From positions 1 through 37,321 of IMG/VR virus record IMGVR_UViG_3300032233_000671: a stretch of DNA of 37,321 bases. One strand, written 5' to 3'. Positions 15,625 through 24,891 of this stretch are shown here, piece after piece. Every line of letters starts with the position of its first letter. Within the stretch, counting starts at the first letter, position 1. The notes under the pieces are model-generated. The model worked only from the letters and a program-made list of their open reading frames with translations. It ran no database searches and was not told the DNA's origin. The DNA is from a virus (Duplodnaviria > Caudoviricetes). The position numbers and the translations under genes are program-made.

Positions 15625-17913
15625 TTATTTGACCAATCTAACCGCGCTTGCTGCGGGCACGTCTTCCGCTAACCGGCGCAGCTCTGCTTTCCCTAGTTCG
15701 ACCATATCAGGCGCACAAAATAAATGTTTTTTAGTTTGATATTCACGCGTGCCGATTCTGCCCATATCAAGCCATCCCGCCTCTTTTAGTGCATGCAACA
15801 GCGCCGCTTGAGGTATTTTATTGCCGGCTAAACCGGCTAAGCGATCACATAATGCATAGAACGGTGACGCAACGACACCTTTGCTAAATTCGCCCAACCT
15901 ATTCTCAAGCTGATCGACCAAGAACGATTCAGCCCCTGAGCGCCCTTGCTCGACCATAATGGCTTTTGCTTCCGTCATTGGCGGGGTTGCGCCTGCATTG
16001 AAATGGCTCACATCGCGCGCATGCAGCCAAGCCGCCACAGCAGCGCAGCCACCCGCGTCAAGCCACTTCCAAAGCTTCGCACCCGCTTCATCGCTCATGC
16101 GCCCTGCTTCAGAGTACACGACGAACCAACGGCGATCCTCTGAAGGCAGCGACAAGGGCACGCGCTCATTCGAGAACGCTAAGACGAACATGCGGTTTAA
16201 TGCCTGATAAGGGTGCATGCCTTTGCGGTTGACTGAGATAAACTCAGGCGGGGCTGCGATCACCGGCTTCAATTGATTTTCTAATGCGCGGCGGTCTTTT
16301 GCTTCAGTCTGGCGCAGCTCTTCAAACACCATGATCTCTGATTCATAGTTGTAACCCCACTGGCTCTGCACCTCTTCATTACGCACGATCGCAACATTAC
16401 GACGAGACGAACGGTTACCGCCAACAGCCCATAGGAACGGCTCATACAAGGAATCTTTTCCTGAACCTTGACGACCGATGTGCAAAATGGCGTGATTAAT
16501 TTTTATGTCAGGGTGTTGCACTTTATGAGCGATCACATCAAGCATGTGCTCACGCTCACGCTCATCGGGGATCATGTGGTGCAAGTGATCAAGCCACAGC
16601 GTTATATCACCGGCTACTGGTGTCGGACGTGCGTCCGCCCATCGGTTGCCATACACTTGGCCTTCGCGGGTAACTAACACGCTTTCACCGGCGGCATAGG
16701 TAATGCCGGCCAATGCATGCGCACCCATCGCTTGCCGGTTCTCATCAAAGCATACCGCTGCTTCGATCCTGCGCTTGACCTTACTCGGATGGATAGAAAA
16801 ACAAGTCACATGACGAAATAATGCGTTAAATGTGCCGCGTGACAGCTCACGCCGGTCATGCATGTCAAAGTAATTATCGTCTTGCTGTATGTACGCAAAA
16901 CGGTTATACCAGTCAGCCTTTTCAACGCGTCCGATTTCGCGCCGCTCAACTTCAGCGATCAACTCTGCACCGGCGTCTGGGAATGCGTCGGTCGGCTGCA
17001 ATTTAGAAATCGCTGCGTCCATCACTTGCGCAAGTAATTCCTCACGTAAGCCAGTGGTGTGTTTCGGACCACCATTGGCAGCAACCCACTCTAAAAACGT
17101 AGCAGAACTAAAGTCGACACAATGGCTATGCAAGCAACGGTAAGCGCGGGTGGCAGGCATGTAACGCCCTTCGGGATTGCCGTCGGTGTGCTCGTCTTTA
17201 TTGGGGCAGATTACACCCGCCCATCCTTCAGGGTTTGGGTGAGTAAGCAACAGACCTTGCTGAGACAACCACGCCATCACATCGTCCGCCCCATCGTCAG
17301 AAATGCGGATTGGGCGCAACTCAAGCGACTCGACTGGCACTGGTGTGACGTCAAGCGCCTTGCATATCTGGTCAAGCGTGTATTCACGCTCAGGATTGAA
17401 ATGCGCAAGACGAGCGGCAAAATTGTTTTTATTGGGCTTCAAGTTAATCGACCCTGGCAACCTAAAATTGCGCACTGGGTTGCAGGCGCCTGGGTCAGTG
17501 TATCCGGCATCCGCTATCGCTTTAATCGCAGCAGCGAACTCAGCTTTTGTCGGCTGCTCAGAAAATGCATAGCCCCACTGGAACGAACCTTCGGAGGTCT
17601 CCATGATCCACGTCGGGTCAAGCGGCGGGGTCTTGGACTTAGTGCCGATGTCGTCAAGCATCATGACCAAGACGTAATTACAGTTCGCAGCGGATGCTGA
17701 AACGTGCCCATCTTTGAAGCGATCAATGATAAATGAGGCGGTATTGCCATACCATGCGCCGATTCCATCATGTTTTGACGGCAAATAAGCAGGCCAAGTG
17801 GCTTTGATTGCACCATCGGCGTGATATTGCAACGGTTTTAGGGGTTTTTGTTTAACAATTAGCGCGGTTTCGCCCTCTGGCGCCAATTTTGTGATAAATT
17901 CTAAAAAGTTCAT
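15625..17913 (-). CDS. Primase-helicase (RepB-type primase, Zn module, SF3/DUF5906-like NTPase)
   Basis: LDDIG.K and WIMETSEGSFQWGY primase motifs; CP..EH..CLHSHC; Walker A GRQGSGKD; Walker B VFEE; FSN. Confidence 0.85.
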   Translation of the reverse strand: MNFLEFITKLAPEGETALIVKQKPLKPLQYHADGAIKATWPAYLPSKHDGIGAWYGNTASFIIDRFKDGHVSASAANCNYVLVMMLDDIGTKSKTPPLDPTWIMETSEGSFQWGYAFSEQPTKAEFAAAIKAIADAGYTDPGACNPVRNFRLPGSINLKPNKNNFAARLAHFNPEREYTLDQICKALDVTPVPVESLELRPIRISDDGADDVMAWLSQQGLLLTHPNPEGWAGVICPNKDEHTDGNPEGRYMPATRAYRCLHSHCVDFSSATFLEWVAANGGPKHTTGLREELLAQVMDAAISKLQPTDAFPDAGAELIAEVERREIGRVEKADWYNRFAYIQQDDNYFDMHDRRELSRGTFNALFRHVTCFSIHPSKVKRRIEAAVCFDENRQAMGAHALAGITYAAGESVLVTREGQVYGNRWADARPTPVAGDITLWLDHLHHMIPDEREREHMLDVIAHKVQHPDIKINHAILHIGRQGSGKDSLYEPFLWAVGGNRSSRRNVAIVRNEEVQSQWGYNYESEIMVFEELRQTEAKDRRALENQLKPVIAAPPEFISVNRKGMHPYQALNRMFVLAFSNERVPLSLPSEDRRWFVVYSEAGRMSDEAGAKLWKWLDAGGCAAVAAWLHARDVSHFNAGATPPMTEAKAIMVEQGRSGAESFLVDQLENRLGEFSKGVVASPFYALCDRLAGLAGNKIPQAALLHALKEAGWLDMGRIGTREYQTKKHLFCAPDMVELGKAELRRLAEDVPAASAVRLVK

Positions 17914-17931
17914 GTTTTCCTTTAGTAGTAG

Positions 17932-17956
17932 AGCCGCCTTGCAGGGCGGCTTTTTT
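17932..17956 (+). terminator. GC hairpin with T-tract on the antisense strand
   Basis: AGCCGCC-TTGCAG-GGCGGCT-TTTTT between the HNH and primase genes. Confidence 0.5.
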
Positions 17957-18338
17957 ATTTGACCGCAACTAAACCTTGCGCGTGTAATTTTCTATCGGCG
18001 GTATTTTCTTTTATCGTGCCGTATTTTAAGTTGCTAAGCGCGTTGTTTAATTTGTTGCCGTCAAGGTGTCTTATCTCACTTCTACTTGCGGTTTTTGGCC
18101 GCGTACCCTCAAAAGCCAACAAAACTAATTCATGCGTATATACGGTTTTAGTTACGCCCGCTTTAGCTAGTTTTACGCTAAGATATTTGCCAGATATAAA
18201 TTGTTTAATATCTCTGCCGGTATAAACCATGCCTTTATGCCGACCATAAGGCACAAAACGCGTTAATGAGCGAACGTTTCCAAAATTACTAACTTCATAA
18301 AACCCATCATAGCCAGGTATTGCTGTCCATAGCTCCAT
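17955..18338 (-). CDS. Free-standing NUMOD4-HNH homing endonuclease
   Basis: ELWTAIPGYDGFYEVSNFGNVRS (NUMOD4); HELVLLAF..IRHLDGNKLNN..NL..EN (HNH). Confidence 0.9.
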   Translation of the reverse strand: MELWTAIPGYDGFYEVSNFGNVRSLTRFVPYGRHKGMVYTGRDIKQFISGKYLSVKLAKAGVTKTVYTHELVLLAFEGTRPKTASRSEIRHLDGNKLNNALSNLKYGTIKENTADRKLHAQGLVAVK

Positions 18339-18340
18339 AA

Positions 18341-20269
18341 TTAGCCCTTTCCATATCTATCCATCACTTCAACCTCCGCATTCAGCGGTAGCCCTTCTGC
18401 CCAATCCGGCGGCGTACACATCACGTTTTTTAATTTAGTTTCAGCGGTGGGATCATCGGTTTCAAGCACTATCTCATCATGTACATGTAGGACAACGTCG
18501 GGGAGTTGGCGTAAAGAATGCCGTAACAGATCGTTGGCGATCGCTTGCGTTATGTTCTCACAGGCTAGCCCTTTCCACAATCGTGCTCTCGGCCATTCTT
18601 TCGCATCCGCTGCCGGTTTCCATGCAGCTTTCACATAAGTAATGTTCTCACCTTCAAACTTAGCGAACGGATAACACAGGATACGCCCCGACGGCAATGC
18701 ATACCATAGGTGTTGACCGTCAAACAGATAAGTCACACGACCTGCGCTAAACTCACGCCCTTTGTTGCGTAACGCCCTTGTATACGCTTCTTCAAGCTTT
18801 GCCCAGTATTTGACTGCCCACTGATTTGACCTGCGCCATGCGTCTACAATGCGGCGGGAGTCCGACTCGGTCATCACCACACCATACGCACGACCCATCG
18901 CAGAGAATGCGCCAATGCCACCGGCAAAGCCTAATGACAGAATCGCCACTTTGCCAATCTGGCGCTGATCTTTTGTGACGGCATCCTCAGCGACTCGGTA
19001 GATACCGGCAGCTTCACGTTTATAAATGTCTCGACCACTACGGAATACGTCAAGCACGTCTTCAGCTTGGTGGTCACCTGACGCCCATGCAGTGACACGC
19101 GCCTCGACCGCTGACCAGTCAGCGACGACGAACTGTTTACCCTCTGCCGGTATCAGCGCAGGGCGAAGCATGCCTTTTAAGACGTCGGTGATTCGGCGTC
19201 CGTATTTAGGGACGATTGCGTGACCCCGTACCATAGCCTGCCGTACCTCGTCTGGAAGTTCTGCACACTTGCGGGTGAAGTTGTGGACTTGTGCTCCGTA
19301 ACTACTGGCTCGTCCTGTGGCGCTGCCCCCAGCGAAGACAAAAGCTCCACGAACCCGACAATCTTCATCGTCGGCGAGGGCACTGAGACGATTAAATTTG
19401 GCGACTGACGACGCCCAAAGGTCGTCAGCGCATTGAATAACGTCTGCAACATGTGGCGGAATCTCATCATGGTTCTCCAATGCAAGTAAGTTGGCACGTA
19501 CGGTTTTATCAATGGAATATTTCTCGCCATTCCACATTAGTTTCTTAGCGTCGTCACCAACACGCTCTAACACCCATTCGCGCATGCGTGGTGAGCGAAC
19601 GGATGTAATGACGCCATCGGTTAATTCATTGACTAAAGTTTGTATCTCGTCAAGCTCTGCTGCTGCGTAGCGGATAGCAGCTTGCGCCAGTGGCAGATCA
19701 AGCAGCACGCCGCGATCGTTGATCTGCTCATTGACATGATAGTCGGCTAACTCTTGCTCAGACAATGGACGCATTGCTTTTGAGACGGCACGCATAGCAC
19801 GCACGTCTTGTTCGCAGTATGCGATCATCTCGGCCATTAACGTGGCGTCTTCTCGGAAGGTACCGTCAGCCATTGGAACCGAGAGAAGTCGGATAAGTTG
19901 GCTACCTCGATGATCTTTCCGCATGGAGCTGCTAATAGCTCTTCCGACATCTTCGAGGCTCCCAGGCAAGCAATTAGCACGCGCTTGTGCCGCGGTACAG
20001 ACGAACTGTTCGAGCTTGAAGTTAACTTGTAAGACATACCAGAAAACAAGGCGCTCAAATGCGGCATTGTGCGCGTATATGCGCCCTGTGTGGTTTCGTA
20101 CTGCATCGGGGAATGGAGCATCGGGAGTCCATGTGACAACTTCATCGTCATCAAAGGCGTAGGACATACATAGAACATCCGTGCTTGTATCTTGCGCATA
20201 GTTATAAACTCCCTTTGTTTTAAGATCGCAGCGGCTACGCGTCTCAAAATCTATCCATAGTATTTTCAT
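18341..20269 (-). CDS. polA: Family A DNA polymerase with 3'-5' exonuclease (probable start MKILW)
   Basis: ExoI DFET, ExoII HNAAFE, ExoIII YCEQD; TGR; motif A DWSAVEAR, motif B RQIGKVAILSLGF, motif C VHDE. Confidence 0.95.
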   Translation of the reverse strand: MKILWIDFETRSRCDLKTKGVYNYAQDTSTDVLCMSYAFDDDEVVTWTPDAPFPDAVRNHTGRIYAHNAAFERLVFWYVLQVNFKLEQFVCTAAQARANCLPGSLEDVGRAISSSMRKDHRGSQLIRLLSVPMADGTFREDATLMAEMIAYCEQDVRAMRAVSKAMRPLSEQELADYHVNEQINDRGVLLDLPLAQAAIRYAAAELDEIQTLVNELTDGVITSVRSPRMREWVLERVGDDAKKLMWNGEKYSIDKTVRANLLALENHDEIPPHVADVIQCADDLWASSVAKFNRLSALADDEDCRVRGAFVFAGGSATGRASSYGAQVHNFTRKCAELPDEVRQAMVRGHAIVPKYGRRITDVLKGMLRPALIPAEGKQFVVADWSAVEARVTAWASGDHQAEDVLDVFRSGRDIYKREAAGIYRVAEDAVTKDQRQIGKVAILSLGFAGGIGAFSAMGRAYGVVMTESDSRRIVDAWRRSNQWAVKYWAKLEEAYTRALRNKGREFSAGRVTYLFDGQHLWYALPSGRILCYPFAKFEGENITYVKAAWKPAADAKEWPRARLWKGLACENITQAIANDLLRHSLRQLPDVVLHVHDEIVLETDDPTAETKLKNVMCTPPDWAEGLPLNAEVEVMDRYGKG

Positions 20270-20273
20270 ATTA

Positions 20274-20322
20274 TTAGGGCGGGGTACTCGCTGCACCTTT
20301 CGGCATCCGCTTTCCCCCCTAA
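20274..20322 (-). ncRNA. Candidate structured cis-regulatory RNA between SSB and polA
   Basis: TTAGGGGGGAAAGCGGATGCCGAAAGGTGCAGCGAGTACCCCGCCCTAA folds as a long stem with a GAAA/GAGUA internal loop and a GAAA tetraloop. Confidence 0.55.
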
Positions 20323-20325
20323 AGA

Positions 20326-20940
20326 TTAACCGCGGCGGCGGCGGGCTGGCTCTGCTTCTGGCGTTGCTTCTGCCTCTACTTCACCATCCATCGACACCCA
20401 CTCCAGTATTTCAAACACTGGTGTGTAGATACGACCATAAGACTTATGCTGGTAGTGATCTTTCTTTAACTTCACAACCGGCACAGGCTTAGATTGATCC
20501 TTCTCAATCTGCTCAGCAATAGCAACGCCAAGTGCTTGGATCGCACGCTTACCGCCAACTGAAGTAACGGTGTAACGTGCTTCTAAACCCTTGTCTTCAC
20601 CTGACAGACATTTGATCATCATGCCAACTTGCTGCTCCCAACCCTTCTTGGCGTTAGGTGGCGCGCTTTCCAACTCTGGCAGCGGCTGAGTAACCGACAC
20701 CATCTTTTCACCCAATACTTCACCGTCACCCCATGCAATAAAACCATGCACGAACGAGAATGGATTAACTGCCCATGTCGATTCGTCATCGACTTCAGTC
20801 TGGTCAGCGCCATAAACCCAGTGGCCTGTTTTGTCCATCTTAATGATGGCAGTGCCTGCTGCGCCTACGTCCTGCTCAAGCGTGCGTAATGCGGTGGTGA
20901 GAGTTGATACGGATGGGAGATTTGCTAATGCGAATGACAT
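20326..20940 (-). CDS. Putative ssDNA-binding protein
   Basis: Sits between the Cas4-like nuclease and polA, as in APSE-like modules; aromatic-rich; strong AAGGA SD. Confidence 0.55.
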   Translation of the reverse strand: MSFALANLPSVSTLTTALRTLEQDVGAAGTAIIKMDKTGHWVYGADQTEVDDESTWAVNPFSFVHGFIAWGDGEVLGEKMVSVTQPLPELESAPPNAKKGWEQQVGMMIKCLSGEDKGLEARYTVTSVGGKRAIQALGVAIAEQIEKDQSKPVPVVKLKKDHYQHKSYGRIYTPVFEILEWVSMDGEVEAEATPEAEPARRRRG

Positions 20941-20951
20941 TGTAGTTTCCT

Positions 20952-22067
20952 TTATTGAAGTTTAGTTAATGCGGCTTTCAACTGAGAACCGATTTGCAGC
21001 ACCGCTGGACGTGGATCAGAATCCGGCGCCAACGTATTACCTGACGAGACGGATACAACCAACTCGCTAGGGAATTCTTTTTTACCTGTGATCTTTTCGA
21101 TCTGCGCAGGCGATCTTAATTTTGCTTCTACCACATCGCTAATCGGCAGCGACATGCTGTTGACGAAATGCAGTGTAGCCTTTTCTTCATCAACCCACTG
21201 ACGTGTGCCACGCTTAGCGACTAACTTAAAGCCTGGAACTGGTTGATCATTCTCTAACATGCGCTGCGCTAATGCACGCAAATCTTTCAAATAATCTTCA
21301 ATCACTGTTGCCTGTTGCAATTGTAATGCGATCTGCTCTTTAGGCAGGTCAGCTAGTGTAACCTTTAATGCACGCTCAACTGCGCCAGTCATTTGGGGAC
21401 AGATCGGTTTGGCAGAGCACCAACGGCAGTGGTCGCCCGATGTCATTGGCGGTGTTGGCCATGACGACAGACGCACAGCGTAAGCTAACTCTTGCTCAAA
21501 CTCTTGTACACGCGCAGGCGTTGTCACCCAACGCTTGACCATCGGAGGCTGAACAATAATGCATTCTATTTCTTTGACGTCTTTAAATACCCACTCTACC
21601 TCAGCGGTACGCATGGCTGCTGCGGCGTAAAATAGCAACTGGGGATTTTCTTCTGCGTCGACGATAACCCCATCACCGAATTTCCAGTCGAGTACCACAG
21701 CTCTGTCCCCAATACGGCCAAGTAGATCAGTAGAGCCGAACACGCCAGGTAAAAAATCACCGAATCCCACCCTAGATTCAACAGCGTATTCCATAACTTG
21801 TTGAGGGTCGATAGTATTGAGGGCTTCGAGAGCGGGAACAATCTTCTCATCGTATAACTCCTGTGTCAGCACTTGCTCTTTATACGTGTCGCCAATGACA
21901 TTGGTGTCGCCGTCTAATATCTTGGCAATAGCGGTATGCAATAGCGTACCACGAGCGGCATGCTCAGACTCTAATTGTAGTGGCATCTTAGCAACCAAAG
22001 CAACTGACGCTGGGCAGTTGATGACACGCTTAGCGGTTGACCCGCCGACGATAGTTGAATGTGACAT
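20952..22067 (-). CDS. Cas4-like PD-(D/E)XK exonuclease (DUF2800-like)
   Basis: N-terminal CPAS, GTLLH, FGSTD, LDWKFG, NPQLLFYA, HCRWCSAKPICP. Confidence 0.85.
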   Translation of the reverse strand: MSHSTIVGGSTAKRVINCPASVALVAKMPLQLESEHAARGTLLHTAIAKILDGDTNVIGDTYKEQVLTQELYDEKIVPALEALNTIDPQQVMEYAVESRVGFGDFLPGVFGSTDLLGRIGDRAVVLDWKFGDGVIVDAEENPQLLFYAAAAMRTAEVEWVFKDVKEIECIIVQPPMVKRWVTTPARVQEFEQELAYAVRLSSWPTPPMTSGDHCRWCSAKPICPQMTGAVERALKVTLADLPKEQIALQLQQATVIEDYLKDLRALAQRMLENDQPVPGFKLVAKRGTRQWVDEEKATLHFVNSMSLPISDVVEAKLRSPAQIEKITGKKEFPSELVVSVSSGNTLAPDSDPRPAVLQIGSQLKAALTKLQ

Positions 22068-22094
22068 TTACTCTCCTTTACTGTTTGAGCCTCT

Positions 22095-22150
22095 ACTGTA
22101 ACACGAAAATAATTGTTGTGTAAAAGTTTTTTAGGGTATATATTTCAGCC
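22095..22150. promoter_or_regulatory. Overlapping divergent sigma70-like promoters
   Basis: Plus: TTGTGT(22116)-17-TATATT(22139). Minus: TTTACA-18-TACAGT with extended TGn. Confidence 0.55.
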
Positions 22151-22447
22151 ATGTTAGAAAAAGAAATCGAAAACCATTTTGTTTGGGCAGTTGAGCGCAT
22201 GGGCGGTAAGTCGTGGAAGTTCACATCCCCTGGGCGCAAAGGTGTGTCAGATCGCATAGCGTGCTTGCCTGATGGCAGCACATGGTTTGTGGAGCTAAAG
22301 CGCCCTAAAGGCGGTGTGCTGTCACCACTACAAGCGCAATTTCAAAGTGAAGTTGTTTGGTTAAAACAGAAATACGCATTACTACATACGAAGGAATTAA
22401 TTGATGAGTGGGCTACAACTGCGGCCATATCAGGAAGAAGCGGCTGA
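22151..22447 (+). CDS. VRR-NUC domain nuclease (putative resolvase)
   Basis: EKEIE..KFTSPGRKGVSDRI..FVELK..G.LSPLQ. Confidence 0.9.
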   Translation: MLEKEIENHFVWAVERMGGKSWKFTSPGRKGVSDRIACLPDGSTWFVELKRPKGGVLSPLQAQFQSEVVWLKQKYALLHTKELIDEWATTAAISGRSG

Positions 22448-23744
22448 TTTCTTATATGAGCGTGATCGAGGCATGATCTTAGCCTCAGTTGGCGCCGGTA
22501 AGACTGCTATTACGTTAACCGCTATGGTCGCCATGATTAAAGACGGACACGCCAAACGCTTTTTAGTTTTAGCGCCTAAGCGTGTGTGTACAGATGTCTG
22601 GCCAATAGAAGTAAAGAAGTGGACAAGCTTGCGTCTAAGCGTAGCAGTCGGTACACCCGCGCAGCGCGTAGCAGCACTGGCCACTGGCGATGTTGTTGCA
22701 ACTAATTACGACAACATTGGTTGGTTAGCTGAACAAAAATTAGATTTTGATGCAATCGTGTTTGATGAGTTAACCAAATTAAAGAACCCATCAGGCGCAC
22801 GTTTTAAAGCACTACTAAAAATTATTGAGCAGTTCAAAATACGCTGGGGTTTGACTGGATCGTTTACCAGTAACGGTTTAGAAGACGTGTTTGGTCAATG
22901 CAAGATTGTTGATCAGAATTTGCTTGGCCGTAGTAAGGGCGCATTCATGCAGCAATACTTTGTATTGATGAATAAAGATTTTGGTGAATGGGCGCCACGT
23001 CCTAATGCGTTGCCACTAGTGATGGCTAAGATTAAACCGGCGACGTTTGTGTTGGAGTCTAAAGAATACAAAGATAAGTTGCCGCCATGTCATACGGTCG
23101 AGATGCGTTGTGCCATGGACATGACAAAGTACAACGAGATGAAAAAAGATTTTGTTGCTGAGTTTCCTGATGCAAAAGCAGTAGCAGCAAATGCAGGTGT
23201 AGTAACGGGTAAGTTGCAACAGATGTCAGCAGGGTTTGTTTATGAGACGACACGCGTTGCGTCTGAGGTGCCAGGTAAGTTTGTTACCACACAAAAACCT
23301 ATCTGGATGTCTAACCATAAGTTTGACTTATTAGAGGAGCTATTAGATGAAAATCAAAGAGCCAATACGATCTTGGTATACCAATATCAAGAAGAGGTGG
23401 CGGAACTTAAGCGACGCTATAAGAGGCTTGTCACCCTCGACGACGTGGACGCGATCGCCAAATGGAATCGAGGCGAAACTGAACTTCTTGCCGTCCACCC
23501 TAAATCTGCAGGTCACGGACTCAACCTACAAACTGGCGGCTCGCGCATGGTATTTCTGTCATTGCCGTGGTCGTTGGAGTTATACGAACAAACCGTGGGT
23601 CGTCTCCACCGAAGTGGGCAAATGCATGAAGTGTGGGTATACATCCTTATGGCGGAAAAGACGGTTGATGAAAAAATCTGGGCAGCGTTGCACAACAAAC
23701 GCGCCATATCTGAAATAGCAATGGAGGAATTAAAATGGAAGTAG
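22404..23744 (+). CDS. SNF2-family (SF2) helicase
   Basis: LRPYQ, GAGKT, VFDE, LTGS, HPKSAGHGLNLQ, QTVGRLHRSGQ. Confidence 0.92.
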   Translation: MSGLQLRPYQEEAADFLYERDRGMILASVGAGKTAITLTAMVAMIKDGHAKRFLVLAPKRVCTDVWPIEVKKWTSLRLSVAVGTPAQRVAALATGDVVATNYDNIGWLAEQKLDFDAIVFDELTKLKNPSGARFKALLKIIEQFKIRWGLTGSFTSNGLEDVFGQCKIVDQNLLGRSKGAFMQQYFVLMNKDFGEWAPRPNALPLVMAKIKPATFVLESKEYKDKLPPCHTVEMRCAMDMTKYNEMKKDFVAEFPDAKAVAANAGVVTGKLQQMSAGFVYETTRVASEVPGKFVTTQKPIWMSNHKFDLLEELLDENQRANTILVYQYQEEVAELKRRYKRLVTLDDVDAIAKWNRGETELLAVHPKSAGHGLNLQTGGSRMVFLSLPWSLELYEQTVGRLHRSGQMHEVWVYILMAEKTVDEKIWAALHNKRAISEIAMEELKWK

Positions 23745-23842
23745 CTAAATTTATATATTTATTTGCAGGCTTGTTTTTTGGTATCTCGTTAACCTCAACA
23801 GCATGCGCTTTAACAATTCTTTATTTTTTAAAAGGCGATTAA
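23735..23842 (+). CDS. 35-aa membrane peptide
   Basis: MEVAKFIYLFAGLFFGISLTSTACALTILYFLKGD; GGAGG SD. Confidence 0.6.
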   Translation: MEVAKFIYLFAGLFFGISLTSTACALTILYFLKGD

Positions 23843-24016
23843 ATGAAACGACTGGATTACTGGCGGTCTAAACTACCGGCAGCGCGTGCAGAAGAACGCA
23901 TACGAGAAAAAGAGTTAAATCAAATGGCGCGGGCATTTCAGCGTGCGGTAGAACAAGTAGAAGATATTGAACAAAGGATAGCAAATGAAAAAACTAAGCT
24001 GGCGCGCCCTGAATGA
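23843..24016 (+). CDS. Coiled-coil hypothetical protein (57 aa)
   Basis: MKRLDYWRSKLPAARAEERIREKELNQ..; abuts the previous stop. Confidence 0.65.
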   Translation: MKRLDYWRSKLPAARAEERIREKELNQMARAFQRAVEQVEDIEQRIANEKTKLARPE

Positions 24017-24179
24017 GCAGCTCCCCACGTTAACAGAGGAAGAAGTGTTTGCTTTGTTAGCTGCTGAGCGGTCAACTCATCGACGTGCTAATTATTTACA
24101 ACGCCTACATCAACGCTATTGCGCTATGCGTGACAGCAGAGAAAGGATAGAAATATTAAAGGAAGCAATAAGGCCGTGA
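23985..24179 (+). CDS. Hypothetical protein
   Basis: 64 aa; AAGGA SD. Confidence 0.7.
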   Translation: MKKLSWRALNEQLPTLTEEEVFALLAAERSTHRRANYLQRLHQRYCAMRDSRERIEILKEAIRP

Positions 24180-24254
24180 TTTTTACAGAAGAGCAAGTTA
24201 AAAAGATAAAACGCAAAAAGGTCGAAGTACGACGTAAAGCAGAGGATAGGAGGG

Positions 24255-24434
24255 ATGATGCTGAAAGACGGCAAACACATCAAGGAAGCCCCGCCCCAGA
24301 TCGGAAAGTATTGGATAGCCCCGACGTGGAGCGGCGATAAAACTTATGAGGAGCAATTTATGCAAATAGTATTACTTGAAAAAAATATGGAACCAACATG
24401 GAAAAAACTACTACTAAAACTACTACAAGCATGA
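24255..24434 (+). CDS. Hypothetical protein (59 aa)
   Basis: MMLKDGKHIKEAPPQIGKYW..; AGGAGG SD; ATGA overlap with the HTH gene. Confidence 0.65.
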   Translation: MMLKDGKHIKEAPPQIGKYWIAPTWSGDKTYEEQFMQIVLLEKNMEPTWKKLLLKLLQA

Positions 24435-24634
24435 AGCCGCACCGACTGTTAGATCACATATTAGTGGCCTATAAATTAAAAAGTGACCGGCAGTTAGCGC
24501 AGCATTTAGGGGTAGCACCGTCGACGGTGTGCAAGATACGGTCACGCGCATCTCCGTTAACGGCAGAAATTATGCTGAAAATACACGACTATACAGGTAT
24601 GTCAATTCAATCAATTAGGGAGCTTTCAAAATGA
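24431..24634 (+). CDS. XRE/Cro-like HTH regulator (start MKPHR)
   Basis: SDRQLAQHLGVAPSTVCKIRS helix-turn-helix. Confidence 0.8.
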   Translation: MKPHRLLDHILVAYKLKSDRQLAQHLGVAPSTVCKIRSRASPLTAEIMLKIHDYTGMSIQSIRELSK

Positions 24635-24891
24635 AGAAGTTAATATTATTAAGTTTATTCTTAACTGCATGCTCAAGTGTACCTACCTACAACGAGCCAA
24701 AGTTAGTTGAACAAGAAATGGTAATAGATAAAAAAATCCAAACGCTATCACGCAACGAAGTAATCGTTGGTGTGCGTGAGTGTGAGACGAATGGACTGCG
24801 TGGTGTAATGGTCTACGGTAAACGTAAGATCAATGGTTACACCACGGACATCGTCGTTGACGTTACCTGCGCGCCTAAATGGAAAGACTAA
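24631..24891 (+). CDS. Small lipoprotein
   Basis: MKKLILLSLFLTA-C lipobox; two further Cys residues. Confidence 0.8.
   Translation: MKKLILLSLFLTACSSVPTYNEPKLVEQEMVIDKKIQTLSRNEVIVGVRECETNGLRGVMVYGKRKINGYTTDIVVDVTCAPKWKD

Noticed and set aside
17955-18338. Group I intron or intein in polA
   Set aside because: polA is intact through motif C and its stop codon; the HNH gene lies outside it.
20952-22067. CRISPR-Cas system suggested by the Cas4-like protein
   Set aside because: It is a stand-alone phage replication/recombination nuclease; there are no other cas genes and no array.
24176-24340. 54-aa GTG-start ORF
   Set aside because: Its GTG overlaps the upstream stop, but half of it overlaps the better-supported 24255-24434 gene, so it is left uncalled.
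24431-24634. CI repressor / lysogeny module
   Set aside because: A short HTH with no peptidase domain and no integrase or partition genes nearby; lifestyle cannot be called from it.
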